From Candidatus Latescibacterota bacterium (GTDB lineage: Bacteria; Latescibacterota; UBA2968; UBA8231): a stretch of DNA of 64,000 nucleotides. Below the pieces are notes generated by a model that did not search any database, was not told where the DNA came from, and saw nothing but the letters and a program-made list of their open reading frames with translations. The translations under genes and the position numbers were made by a program. The stretch lies in NCBI GenBank assembly GCA_965200315.1, contig OZ241362.1:1248001-1312000 (forward strand). The letters are read 5' to 3'. Below are positions 28,135-36,752 of the stretch, piece after piece. How positions within the stretch are numbered: position 1 is the first letter of the stretch; each line of letters begins with the position of its first letter.

Positions 28135-29097
28135 TTATCTAGCGACGGAAGCCTTGATATGGCCCCAGCTATCGTTCTCGACCGAGGTCGGGAGATTAGC
28201 GAGCGCGGCTTCGTCGAGAGGCAGCAAGACAAAGTCGGAAAACGAGCTGGCGTTGCCAAAGATATCGGACTGGCCGCCTAACGTCCACTTGGCCGTCCAC
28301 GGGTTTCTGTCTTCGGCATCTTCTGGGCCGTTGTCGTTGTCGACGATCTGCAAACCAGCACCGACAATTTCCAGCTCGACGAAGTCGTGCTGGGTGCTCA
28401 ACTCAGGACCCTGCCAGTTGAAATCGTCCCAGCCAATGGTGTACCACTCGGCTTGGAAATTGGCCTCAGCACCGTGGACGCCGTCGAGATTAAAGGAATC
28501 CGCGCAGCACTGATAAGGCTCGTCGCCGTGCCAAGTCGAGCTGGACATCCAAAACCAACTCCAGCCATTCGGATCGCTGCCAGACGTGATGGCCGGCCAG
28601 CGGTAATGCGAAGTCTGGGTCTGGCCGCCGGTGAAGAGCTTGCTCTCTTCTTCGGTCAAGTCGCCAGCAATGCCAGCACCGCCAGCGTGGAACCAGCCGC
28701 CGGAGTGGTCGGAATCCAGACCGATCTCAATCGAGTCGTCTTGGCCGCAGCAGCCAATGCCGCCAGCATCGCGATCCCAAACGTCGTCAAAGCGGTCAAA
28801 GACGTAGTAGATGCGATCCAATTCGTCGTTCCAGCCCATGGCAAAGCGGAAGAACAAATTGGAGCGGTCCTTTTCGCGCCCGACGTCGCCTTCACCGACG
28901 ATGATGTCGGCATTATCGCTGTCAATCCACACCTCGGCGGGCAGGACTTCCCACTCAGAGATGTCGCCATCGAGGACGGGCAGTTTATCGGTTGGCCACT
29001 GGAAGGCACCATAGACAGTCCCTTCGGGAATGTGGGCGAAGGCAGACGAACTCACCAAGCCCATAACAGCAGCCAGCACCGCAATTTTCTTGCTCAT
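28135..29097 (-). CDS. Secreted acidic protein, CBM9/DOMON-like fold, with C-terminal 'TSVE..SWG.IK' motif
   Basis: Signal peptide MSKKIAVLAAV...AFA; P.LDGDISEW and DSIEIGLDSDHSGG; ends PTSVENDSWGHIKASVAR. Confidence 0.75.
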   Translation of the reverse strand: MSKKIAVLAAVMGLVSSSAFAHIPEGTVYGAFQWPTDKLPVLDGDISEWEVLPAEVWIDSDNADIIVGEGDVGREKDRSNLFFRFAMGWNDELDRIYYVFDRFDDVWDRDAGGIGCCGQDDSIEIGLDSDHSGGWFHAGGAGIAGDLTEEESKLFTGGQTQTSHYRWPAITSGSDPNGWSWFWMSSSTWHGDEPYQCCADSFNLDGVHGAEANFQAEWYTIGWDDFNWQGPELSTQHDFVELEIVGAGLQIVDNDNGPEDAEDRNPWTAKWTLGGQSDIFGNASSFSDFVLLPLDEAALANLPTSVENDSWGHIKASVAR

Positions 29098-29222
29098 GCT
29101 ACAACCCCCTGTGTTGGTTGAGTGAATGGTGAAAGATGCTCCATAACAATTAAAGAGCATGATATGAAAGCGTTAAAACAAATAATGACTTACCTATTTT
29201 GTCAAGCGTTTTCTCGCTCGTC

Positions 29223-30977
29223 TCACGAGTCGCCTTTGAGCGGCGTCCCGGTGGCCCAAGGCATGGCACTGAGGCTCAAATCCTTCCGCTGTGCGGCGGC
29301 CTGCAAGTGGTGCGCCCGGTTCCAGTGCCTTTTGGCGAGGGGTTGGTTGCCCATTTTTTTGTACGTCTGCGCGAGGGCCAAGTGCGCACGGCCGTAGTCT
29401 GAGTCTAATGCCACCGCACGCTCAAACGCGCCAATCGCCTCCCCGAACCGCTCCATTTTTGCGTACTCCACCCCTAAATTAAAATGGGCCTGCGCCAGCT
29501 CGGGCTCCAGGGCGATGGCCCGTTGGTGCAGGCCAATGGCGGCCTTCATATCGCCTTTGAGCGAATGGGCGATCCCCAAGTGCGTATAGGCTTGGGCATA
29601 GATAGAATCCGCGGCAATGGCCTGTTGGTGAGCGACGATGCCGCGGTCGAAATCCCCTTCCCGACTATAGGCCACCCCCAAGTCGTCGTGGGCTTTGGCC
29701 ACGCTCGGGGCCAGCCGGGCCAAGTATTCCTTGGCATGTACGTCCGACAGCGAATAGCGGGCATCGGTCCAAGCCAAGAACAGGATGGGCACCCCGAAGT
29801 ACAGCACCTGCTTGCCGGTCTCAAATCCGTAGGAGAGCACCGTCCACTGCGCCCGCGCATTCTGCCAGCGCGTCGCCAGCGCGTTCCAGCCACGTCGCGG
29901 CAGCGTCTCCACGCGCATCCCCGCTGGGGAATCCTCGTCTATCAAGTTCTGCCGTATCTCCTTTTTGCCGACCTTCCACATGAACCCATCGTAGTAGTAG
30001 TGCATAAAGGCCGAGGTGGCGATAAGCACCTTGACTATATCGTAGATCAGGAAATTCTGGGTCGCCCGCGCTAGGGCTTCTATGCCGCCGTAAGCCAATA
30101 TCAGCACTAGGTAAAACAAGACGATCCGCAAGCGCCCATCGGCGAATAGGAAGCGAAAGAAGGACCGCCCCAAGTCGCGTGAGCGCCGGAGCACTCCGTG
30201 ATTGTAGATCCACACGATGGCAAAGTACTGAATGTCGTGTGCCAGCGCGGTGATCGCGTAGCCCAAGATGACGTCTTCGAGAACGATGTACGCGTAGTAG
30301 ACCGTGGCGAACGTAGTGGCTGAAATCGCCAGCTTAGGCCAGACGATGGGCGCACCGCGCCGCCTTTCGACGACCATGTTGGCGACATAGACCACTGACA
30401 AGGCCAGAGCCAAGTACAACATGGCGTCTCGCAGCGAGAAGACGTATTCGGGTTTGACCCAAGTATACAGCCCAAAGCCATAGCGGTGGCAGCGTTCTAA
30501 AAAATTGATCAAATAGTGAGGGCTGGCCGCTATCACGTATCCGAACCACACGGCTGTCAGCCACCAGTCCAGCCGCGCACTCAACGGCGAGGGCCGACGT
30601 CGCTTGAACTCGTAGATTCGCATGAAGCCGTAGTGCTGCATGAAGAAGTGCCACATGTCCCATAGGGCCAAGAAAATGAAAAACCCGAGGTGGCCGTTGA
30701 ATACGCTCCAACTGACAAAGGCGGCGATTACCAGCGGCGCGACGATGAAGCGGGCCTTGTAGCGGCCAAACAGCTCCCGCTCGCCATAAGCGCGCATTAG
30801 CCCGGGCAGGTGGTGCCCCACCGCAAAAAAGGCCAGCACAAACAGGGCAATGTCAGCAGAGGTGAAGTAGTTGGCGGCCAACAGCAGTGCCGCTAGTGAG
30901 AGCAGCGGAGTGCCAATAAAAAACAAGAAATCCCAGTGGCGGCTGATAATCCAGCCCTGTGGGGCGGCGGTCGTCAT
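29223..30977 (-). CDS. Multi-pass His-rich membrane protein with C-terminal TPR repeats
   Basis: About 10 TM segments with GHH, WHFFMQHYG, AHDIQY and HYYYDG; 4 TPRs (AHDDLGVAY, AYTHLGIA, AHFNLGVEY, AHLALAQ). Confidence 0.8.
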   Translation of the reverse strand: MTTAAPQGWIISRHWDFLFFIGTPLLSLAALLLAANYFTSADIALFVLAFFAVGHHLPGLMRAYGERELFGRYKARFIVAPLVIAAFVSWSVFNGHLGFFIFLALWDMWHFFMQHYGFMRIYEFKRRRPSPLSARLDWWLTAVWFGYVIAASPHYLINFLERCHRYGFGLYTWVKPEYVFSLRDAMLYLALALSVVYVANMVVERRRGAPIVWPKLAISATTFATVYYAYIVLEDVILGYAITALAHDIQYFAIVWIYNHGVLRRSRDLGRSFFRFLFADGRLRIVLFYLVLILAYGGIEALARATQNFLIYDIVKVLIATSAFMHYYYDGFMWKVGKKEIRQNLIDEDSPAGMRVETLPRRGWNALATRWQNARAQWTVLSYGFETGKQVLYFGVPILFLAWTDARYSLSDVHAKEYLARLAPSVAKAHDDLGVAYSREGDFDRGIVAHQQAIAADSIYAQAYTHLGIAHSLKGDMKAAIGLHQRAIALEPELAQAHFNLGVEYAKMERFGEAIGAFERAVALDSDYGRAHLALAQTYKKMGNQPLAKRHWNRAHHLQAAAQRKDLSLSAMPWATGTPLKGDS

Positions 30978-30988
30978 CGCTTTCGGCC

Positions 30989-33940
30989 CTACAATCCAGC
31001 AAATACCGAAAGGAATACTAGACCCGAAGTCTTCCGCTCCCCATCCCCGTCTTTGACCTCCAACGAGCGGCGATCAAAGCGCACACCTATCTGAGTGGTC
31101 AACTCGTATCCGGAATAGGCGCGAGTGCTCGTCAGTTGACAGGCCAAGACCGTGCCGCGAAAGTCGCCGGTCCGCTCTCCGGCCGCTAGTGGCCCCTCTT
31201 CGCCTTCGAGATCGTAGAAAAAGCGCCCCTCAACCCCTAGCTGCACATAAGATCGGTGGAGAATTGGAAAATTTGCCAGCACCATGTAGAGCACATCGTA
31301 GCTGCGCTCCTGAGGCGCACTACGGCTGAAGGGCACTCGGCGCATAAATTCGCTCTTAATGCGCGGAGAAATGGCGATCGATTTCCACGAGAAAGCATAG
31401 GAGACCTTGTCTATCAACCCGACAAAACTGGACGTCTCGCGGCCATTGCGGCCCTCGGATCCCAAGGGATCAAAGGCTACCACCGGCGCACCCTCGTCGT
31501 CCAAGAGCACGCGGCCCTCCTCGTCCCGGACCAATATCACCTCGGCCTCCCGCTGCTTCCACACGTCCATCTTAAATCGGTGGTGGGTGCTCCAACCCCT
31601 AGGGCTGTCGTACTCCCAGTCCGAGTACAGCGTGTTGATCCACGTATTCTCGGCCGCCAGCAGATCGGGCACGGGCACATTACTGCCCGTTGTTTCGCTG
31701 AATTGGCCGAACTCCGCTCTGGGCACAATCCACTGCACGAGGTGATCTTCGATAGTGTCTTCGGCCCTCCGCACCATGTCGAAGAGCCTCCAGCGACCCA
31801 GCGTGGGGAAGTTCTTGATAAAGGTAAAAATCCCGTAGAAGGTATCGTTGTCGCGCGCGGCTTGGTGCATGGCTTGGCGCAGGCGGCCGGCCGTGAGTCG
31901 GATTTCGGGATTGACTTGGACGCTGGTGTAAAAATTGTAGCCCCAGTGATCCTTCTTATAGGGATAGTCTGGCTCGTCGTCGTTTTCAAAGCGATCAACC
32001 CAGCCGTTGTTGTTCAAATCAATGCCAAAGAGAAACTCGGGCCGATCGACCTCGTAGCGCAGAAAAGGTTCATCGTAGTCCGGGAAGAAGTTTTGCCGCT
32101 CGCCGTTGCTGTTTTGGTTGAAATCGGAAAGGAAATCCCCGTTTTCGTCGTACCCGGGAAAAACCGCTGGATCGGCCACGCCGTTGGCCCGGACCCGAAA
32201 CGTCTGCCCCGGAATGGGAATCAAACTGCCCTGAAAGCGGCGCAACTGATCGGGGTGCCGGTCGTTGTCGTCGTTGTCATCGACAAAATCGTAGGACTGG
32301 ATGATGGCTTCGGGCGAGTAGTCGACCAAGCCGCGGCCATCCACCGGCCGCACGTTGGTGCTGTATCCGTCGTCCATGCCGAAGCCTTCGAGAAAAAAGT
32401 GCCAAGGGCCGATACTCCGCGCCAAGTTGACCATGTAGGCCACGTCGTGTTGGTCTCCGACAATGCCGGCAATGGCTTTGTGCTTCTTTAGGGTCGTCGT
32501 GGGATACTTGCGATAGCGGGTGCTGATGTTGAACTCTCCATAAAAGTCAAACCCAAACCAATCGCGCATCTCAGCAGTAACGCCGTATATCTGGCTCGCG
32601 GTAGGCAACCCGTAGTCAAAGGCCACCTTTTGTTGGTTGAGGCGGTTCTTGATGTTGCCCGCTGCTCGTGCGACCAGTAGAAATTGCGGCTGATCCACCG
32701 GATTGGTCTGCCGATCAGACGCCACCTCCACCCGGTAGTCGTTGGCCAGAATGAGCCGGAAGCGCACCTTCTTGATCGCGGTCACCGCATCCTCGGCCTC
32801 GGCCAAGCTCATTCCCAAGCTCTGCTGCAATAGCAGGCGCAAGGTCCCAGCTTCGTCATCCCCGTCTTCGACCGCCAGCGGATATTTGAGCGTTATGCTC
32901 TCGGACCCGTCGGCCGTGAGGAAGCCGTCGCGCACCTTGCCCCCTTCGCGCAATGGTCGGTAGCCAATGCTGCTGCCGGTGATGACCGTATCCCGCGGCA
33001 CCAACGCCACGCTGTCGCCTGCGGCCACCTCGCGCATCAGGGTCGTGGTGATCTCCACGTCATCGCTGAAGAGCACGGCCCCTCCCTCGCCGTCTTCAGG
33101 CGAATCGTCGGACAGCCTCACCACCAGTAATTCGAGCCGCCGGTCTAACTGGCCCGAGGTCAGCAAGCCCGTAAAGGGGCTCTCTTGAAAGCTCTCCAAG
33201 GCTCCGTTGTTGCTGTGGGAATTGACAAAGGTCGTGCCCAGAGTTAGGTGATCGCCGATATCGGCCTCAAAGCGAAGTGCGGATAGATTCGTCGCGTTTT
33301 CTAGCTGTCGGGTCGGAAAATCCGCGCTAATGTCGATGATCGGCGACGAGATTCGCGAAAACAGCCCGGTCGCCCGCAAGCGCTGGGTAGCCAAACTAGT
33401 CACCACACCATTGAAACCCGTCTTGCGGAAAGTCAGGGGCGTCAGCGTCGTAAAAAGCTCGTCCCCGACTACAATCGAATAGCTGTAGTCGCCACTGGTA
33501 TCCGAGGAGATGATGAGGCGGTTGAACCAGCTTAGGTACTCGCCGCGCTTGGTAACTTGATTGCTGGCACTGGTCAGCGGCTGGGTCTGCCGCCAATCGT
33601 AGATGAGCCAGCCTCGGGTGATCAAATCGCCGTAGGGATCGTAAAAATAGAACCCCTCTTGGCTACGCGACACGTAGCGGAGAAAAGGCTCCCGCGCATA
33701 GTTGGTGTACTGCCACTGGCGGCGGCCGTACTCGGTGAACAACTCCTGCGGCAAGTACCAGCGCTGAATGGTAGGGTCCAGCGCGTCAATGAGCACCGAC
33801 CGGCCCGCGGCTGAGAACACGCGGCGCTCGTCGACCCGGCGGCCGAGGCGATTGCCGTAGTCTATCTGGGCACCAACCTCAAGGGCACACACAACCACTG
33901 CACCCAAGAGCAACGCGTACTTAGCCTGCAGCGCACCCAT
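30989..33940 (-). CDS. Large exported hypothetical protein, putative outer-membrane beta-barrel with Asp/Asn-rich Ca-binding-like loops (paralog B)
   Basis: Signal peptide, YGNRLG; DDNDDNDRHPD, DENGDF, DLNNNGW; amphipathic beta-strand C-terminal third; start overlaps the upstream stop (TAATG). Confidence 0.75.
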   Translation of the reverse strand: MGALQAKYALLLGAVVVCALEVGAQIDYGNRLGRRVDERRVFSAAGRSVLIDALDPTIQRWYLPQELFTEYGRRQWQYTNYAREPFLRYVSRSQEGFYFYDPYGDLITRGWLIYDWRQTQPLTSASNQVTKRGEYLSWFNRLIISSDTSGDYSYSIVVGDELFTTLTPLTFRKTGFNGVVTSLATQRLRATGLFSRISSPIIDISADFPTRQLENATNLSALRFEADIGDHLTLGTTFVNSHSNNGALESFQESPFTGLLTSGQLDRRLELLVVRLSDDSPEDGEGGAVLFSDDVEITTTLMREVAAGDSVALVPRDTVITGSSIGYRPLREGGKVRDGFLTADGSESITLKYPLAVEDGDDEAGTLRLLLQQSLGMSLAEAEDAVTAIKKVRFRLILANDYRVEVASDRQTNPVDQPQFLLVARAAGNIKNRLNQQKVAFDYGLPTASQIYGVTAEMRDWFGFDFYGEFNISTRYRKYPTTTLKKHKAIAGIVGDQHDVAYMVNLARSIGPWHFFLEGFGMDDGYSTNVRPVDGRGLVDYSPEAIIQSYDFVDDNDDNDRHPDQLRRFQGSLIPIPGQTFRVRANGVADPAVFPGYDENGDFLSDFNQNSNGERQNFFPDYDEPFLRYEVDRPEFLFGIDLNNNGWVDRFENDDEPDYPYKKDHWGYNFYTSVQVNPEIRLTAGRLRQAMHQAARDNDTFYGIFTFIKNFPTLGRWRLFDMVRRAEDTIEDHLVQWIVPRAEFGQFSETTGSNVPVPDLLAAENTWINTLYSDWEYDSPRGWSTHHRFKMDVWKQREAEVILVRDEEGRVLLDDEGAPVVAFDPLGSEGRNGRETSSFVGLIDKVSYAFSWKSIAISPRIKSEFMRRVPFSRSAPQERSYDVLYMVLANFPILHRSYVQLGVEGRFFYDLEGEEGPLAAGERTGDFRGTVLACQLTSTRAYSGYELTTQIGVRFDRRSLEVKDGDGERKTSGLVFLSVFAGL

Positions 33941-36723
33941 TACTGAATTCCGGCGTACACGGTGATGAAGCTAGTCGTCGAATTGCTGCTCTCGCTGCCC
34001 TTGGCAAAGCCGCTGTCGTCCTCTAGCACCAGTTCGGTCTGGGTGCGCCCGTAGCGCAGACCAATCTGCGTCGTCAGGCGATACCCCATGTAATCCGAGG
34101 AATTGGATAGCTGCACCGCTACGTTTACACTGCTCAAGTCGCCCGTTTCCATAGTGATGCCTTTGGCGACCATTTCATCCTCATCGCTCATCAAATCCCT
34201 CAGCAGCTGCTGCTCTACCCCCCCCATCAGCACAGTGTGCTTCAGCATCGGCAGCCGGGCCAGCAGCACAAAGCTGCCGGTCCACTCCTTGCGCTCATCC
34301 TCTTGGACCAAAAACGGCGTACGCCGCAAGTATTCGCTCTTGAACTTGGGCTGCAGGCTGAAGCGGCCTACATCGTAGGTGTAGTCGAATTTGTTGATCA
34401 AGCCGAAGAAGCTCGTGTTGGCCCGCAGGCGGCGCCCGTCTATATCGCGTGGGTCGTTTTGGTTTTGGCGATAGAATTCGTACTTGAACTTGTTGATGAT
34501 GTTGAGCCGGTCGATGCCCGCGTAGTCGAACCCGAGAAACAGCGCATTGACCCAAGTGTCTTGGGCTGGCAGAATGTCCGGGACGAGGGGCTGGATGGCC
34601 GGGGCATCGACATAAGGCGTGGGGGCGCGCCGGTCGTCGGGGATGGTATCGGCGACCTTTTTCAGCGCGTCAAAAACCTGCAAGCGGCCTACGCCGGGCA
34701 CGTCGCGGTCAAAGGTAAAGAGCGCGTACTGGACGCGGCTCGAGCGATCGGCCGAAATCATCTGCTCGTCCGCCTGCCCCAAGGTCAACCGCGTCCCTGG
34801 TACGAGCTCGGCCCCGGCGAACACATTGTAGCCTTGCCGGTCGGTCTTGTAGGGGTAATCCGGCAAGTCGTCGTCTTCAAAGCGGTCGATCCAATCGTTG
34901 TTGTTCAGATCGATGCCAAAGAGGAATTCGGGCCGATCAACCGCATAGCGCAAAAAAGGCTCGTCATAGTCGGGAATGAAGTTGTTGACCGTGCCATTGT
35001 CGTTTTGGTTGAAATCCGAGATAAAATCGTTGTTCTCGTCCCACCCGGGAAAGATGAGCCGGTCGTTGGCCGAACCCGCGCGGATCCAGTCGGGATATTG
35101 GTCTTGATCGTCGTTATCCTCGACGAACTCGTAGAAGTTGCGCTGGGAATTGTCGTATTGAATGTCGCCATTGGTATCTACCAAAAAAGCTGTGGTCGAA
35201 TACGCGTCGTCCATCGCATAGACCTCGCCGAAGAAGAACCACGGATGGAACTGACGGGAGAGGTTAAAAAACCAAGCGTCGGACTGCTCGGTGGAAATTT
35301 TGTGGTTCTTGCCCGCCGTAAACAGCGCGGCGTTGGGATACTGATAGTAGCGCTTGTTACGGTCCCACTCTCCGTAGAAGTCAACCCCCCACAGCCCCTT
35401 ACCCTCCACTGTAAATCCACCCACTAGGTTGCCCGTCGGCAGGCCGTAGTCAAATTTGACGAGCTGGAGATTGGAAATGTCCTTCACGTTGCCTTCGGCT
35501 CGCCGCAGGGTAATCAGCGCTGGCTCGGTGGCGTCTATGGTTTCCGCACTCAGGGGCGCAGAAGGCATGGCGCGGCGGCCCGTCTGCCGGTCAGACCACA
35601 TCTCCACCTTGAAGTCATTGCCCAAGACATATTCAAATTCCACGGCCACGATCGAGGTGGGGTCTGGGCCGATGTACGCCGGGTCGTTGAAGTCGTAATT
35701 AAGCACGATGCGCTCGTACCCGTCGGCGGCCGTGTACCCTTGGCGCTCAAAACCGCCGAATTTAATCGGCCACTCCGCGCCGGCACGGACGACCTCTTCC
35801 GCCTCGAAAACCTGCTCTTTGTTCGTCTCGAAGTCGCGGCTGATGATGCGCACCTTGTCGCGGAACAAAGCTGCGCCTCCCTCGCCATCCTCGGGCGTGT
35901 CGTCGCTGAGAATGATGGCAATGGCCGTCAGCGGGGTGCTGCTCTGGCCGGAAGTGAGGCTGCCAGCGATCAAATCGCCGCTGAACAGGTCGAGCGTGGT
36001 ATTGGTATTGCGGGCATCAACTACGGTCGCGCCCACCTCAATGAAGTCGCCGATCTGGACCGTGCCGCGGCCGCCGAACATGGTAGTGGTATTGGTGCGG
36101 GTTTCCGGCTCTCTGGTCTCGCCCAAGATCGGGTCGCTGATCCGCGAGGCGAGGATCGTGCCGGCGTATTTGTCGGCCATGAAGTCGATCTGGACGCCAT
36201 TGTAACGGGGTCTAGAGAAGGTCATGGGCGTGAGGGTCGTGCGTAGCAGATTGCCCACTGTAATGGAATAGTAGTATTGGCTCTGCGAGTCGCCGCCAAT
36301 GGTGACCCCGTTGAACCAAGAGTCGAAGCGGGCGTTTTGGAAGATGCTGCTGCCGAGCTGCCCGGGCTGATTTTGGCTCCAGTCGTAGATCAGCCAGCCG
36401 CGGCCGATGAAGTTGCCGTAGAAGTCGTAGAAGTAATCGCCTTCGCGGTGGATGTTGACGTAGCGCCTAAACTCATCCTTAGCGTAGTTGGAGTATTCCC
36501 ACTGCCGCCAGCCGTATTCATTAAAAAGCTCTTGGGGAATGTACCATTTCTTGACTGCTGGATCGAGCGCGCCAAACAGGACCCCGGGGCCGCGCGGCTC
36601 AAAGCTGACTGCCCCGCCGCGCTGGCGACCCAAGCGGTTGCCGTACTCTTGGGCTTCAGCCGTTCCGACCGCCAGCACCAACGCGGCCCAACCAATCAGC
36701 CCCCACATTCTAAACACTTGCAA
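33940..36723 (-). CDS. Large exported hypothetical protein, putative outer-membrane beta-barrel (paralog A)
   Basis: TTG start after GGAG; colinear with 30989-33940 (YGNRLG, WY.PQELF.EY, PEDGEGGA, PDYDEPFLRY.VDRPEFLFGIDLNNN). Confidence 0.75.
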   Translation of the reverse strand: MQVFRMWGLIGWAALVLAVGTAEAQEYGNRLGRQRGGAVSFEPRGPGVLFGALDPAVKKWYIPQELFNEYGWRQWEYSNYAKDEFRRYVNIHREGDYFYDFYGNFIGRGWLIYDWSQNQPGQLGSSIFQNARFDSWFNGVTIGGDSQSQYYYSITVGNLLRTTLTPMTFSRPRYNGVQIDFMADKYAGTILASRISDPILGETREPETRTNTTTMFGGRGTVQIGDFIEVGATVVDARNTNTTLDLFSGDLIAGSLTSGQSSTPLTAIAIILSDDTPEDGEGGAALFRDKVRIISRDFETNKEQVFEAEEVVRAGAEWPIKFGGFERQGYTAADGYERIVLNYDFNDPAYIGPDPTSIVAVEFEYVLGNDFKVEMWSDRQTGRRAMPSAPLSAETIDATEPALITLRRAEGNVKDISNLQLVKFDYGLPTGNLVGGFTVEGKGLWGVDFYGEWDRNKRYYQYPNAALFTAGKNHKISTEQSDAWFFNLSRQFHPWFFFGEVYAMDDAYSTTAFLVDTNGDIQYDNSQRNFYEFVEDNDDQDQYPDWIRAGSANDRLIFPGWDENNDFISDFNQNDNGTVNNFIPDYDEPFLRYAVDRPEFLFGIDLNNNDWIDRFEDDDLPDYPYKTDRQGYNVFAGAELVPGTRLTLGQADEQMISADRSSRVQYALFTFDRDVPGVGRLQVFDALKKVADTIPDDRRAPTPYVDAPAIQPLVPDILPAQDTWVNALFLGFDYAGIDRLNIINKFKYEFYRQNQNDPRDIDGRRLRANTSFFGLINKFDYTYDVGRFSLQPKFKSEYLRRTPFLVQEDERKEWTGSFVLLARLPMLKHTVLMGGVEQQLLRDLMSDEDEMVAKGITMETGDLSSVNVAVQLSNSSDYMGYRLTTQIGLRYGRTQTELVLEDDSGFAKGSESSNSTTSFITVYAGIQ

Positions 36724-36752
36724 ATCATCTCTCCCTAAAATTTGTTGAGCAA

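Noticed and set aside
31256-35427. Long antisense ORFs (e.g. 31256-32491, 34237-35427, also 14403-15395 and 59958-61001)
   Set aside because: These are shadow ORFs expected opposite GC-rich genes; they show no motifs or RBS.
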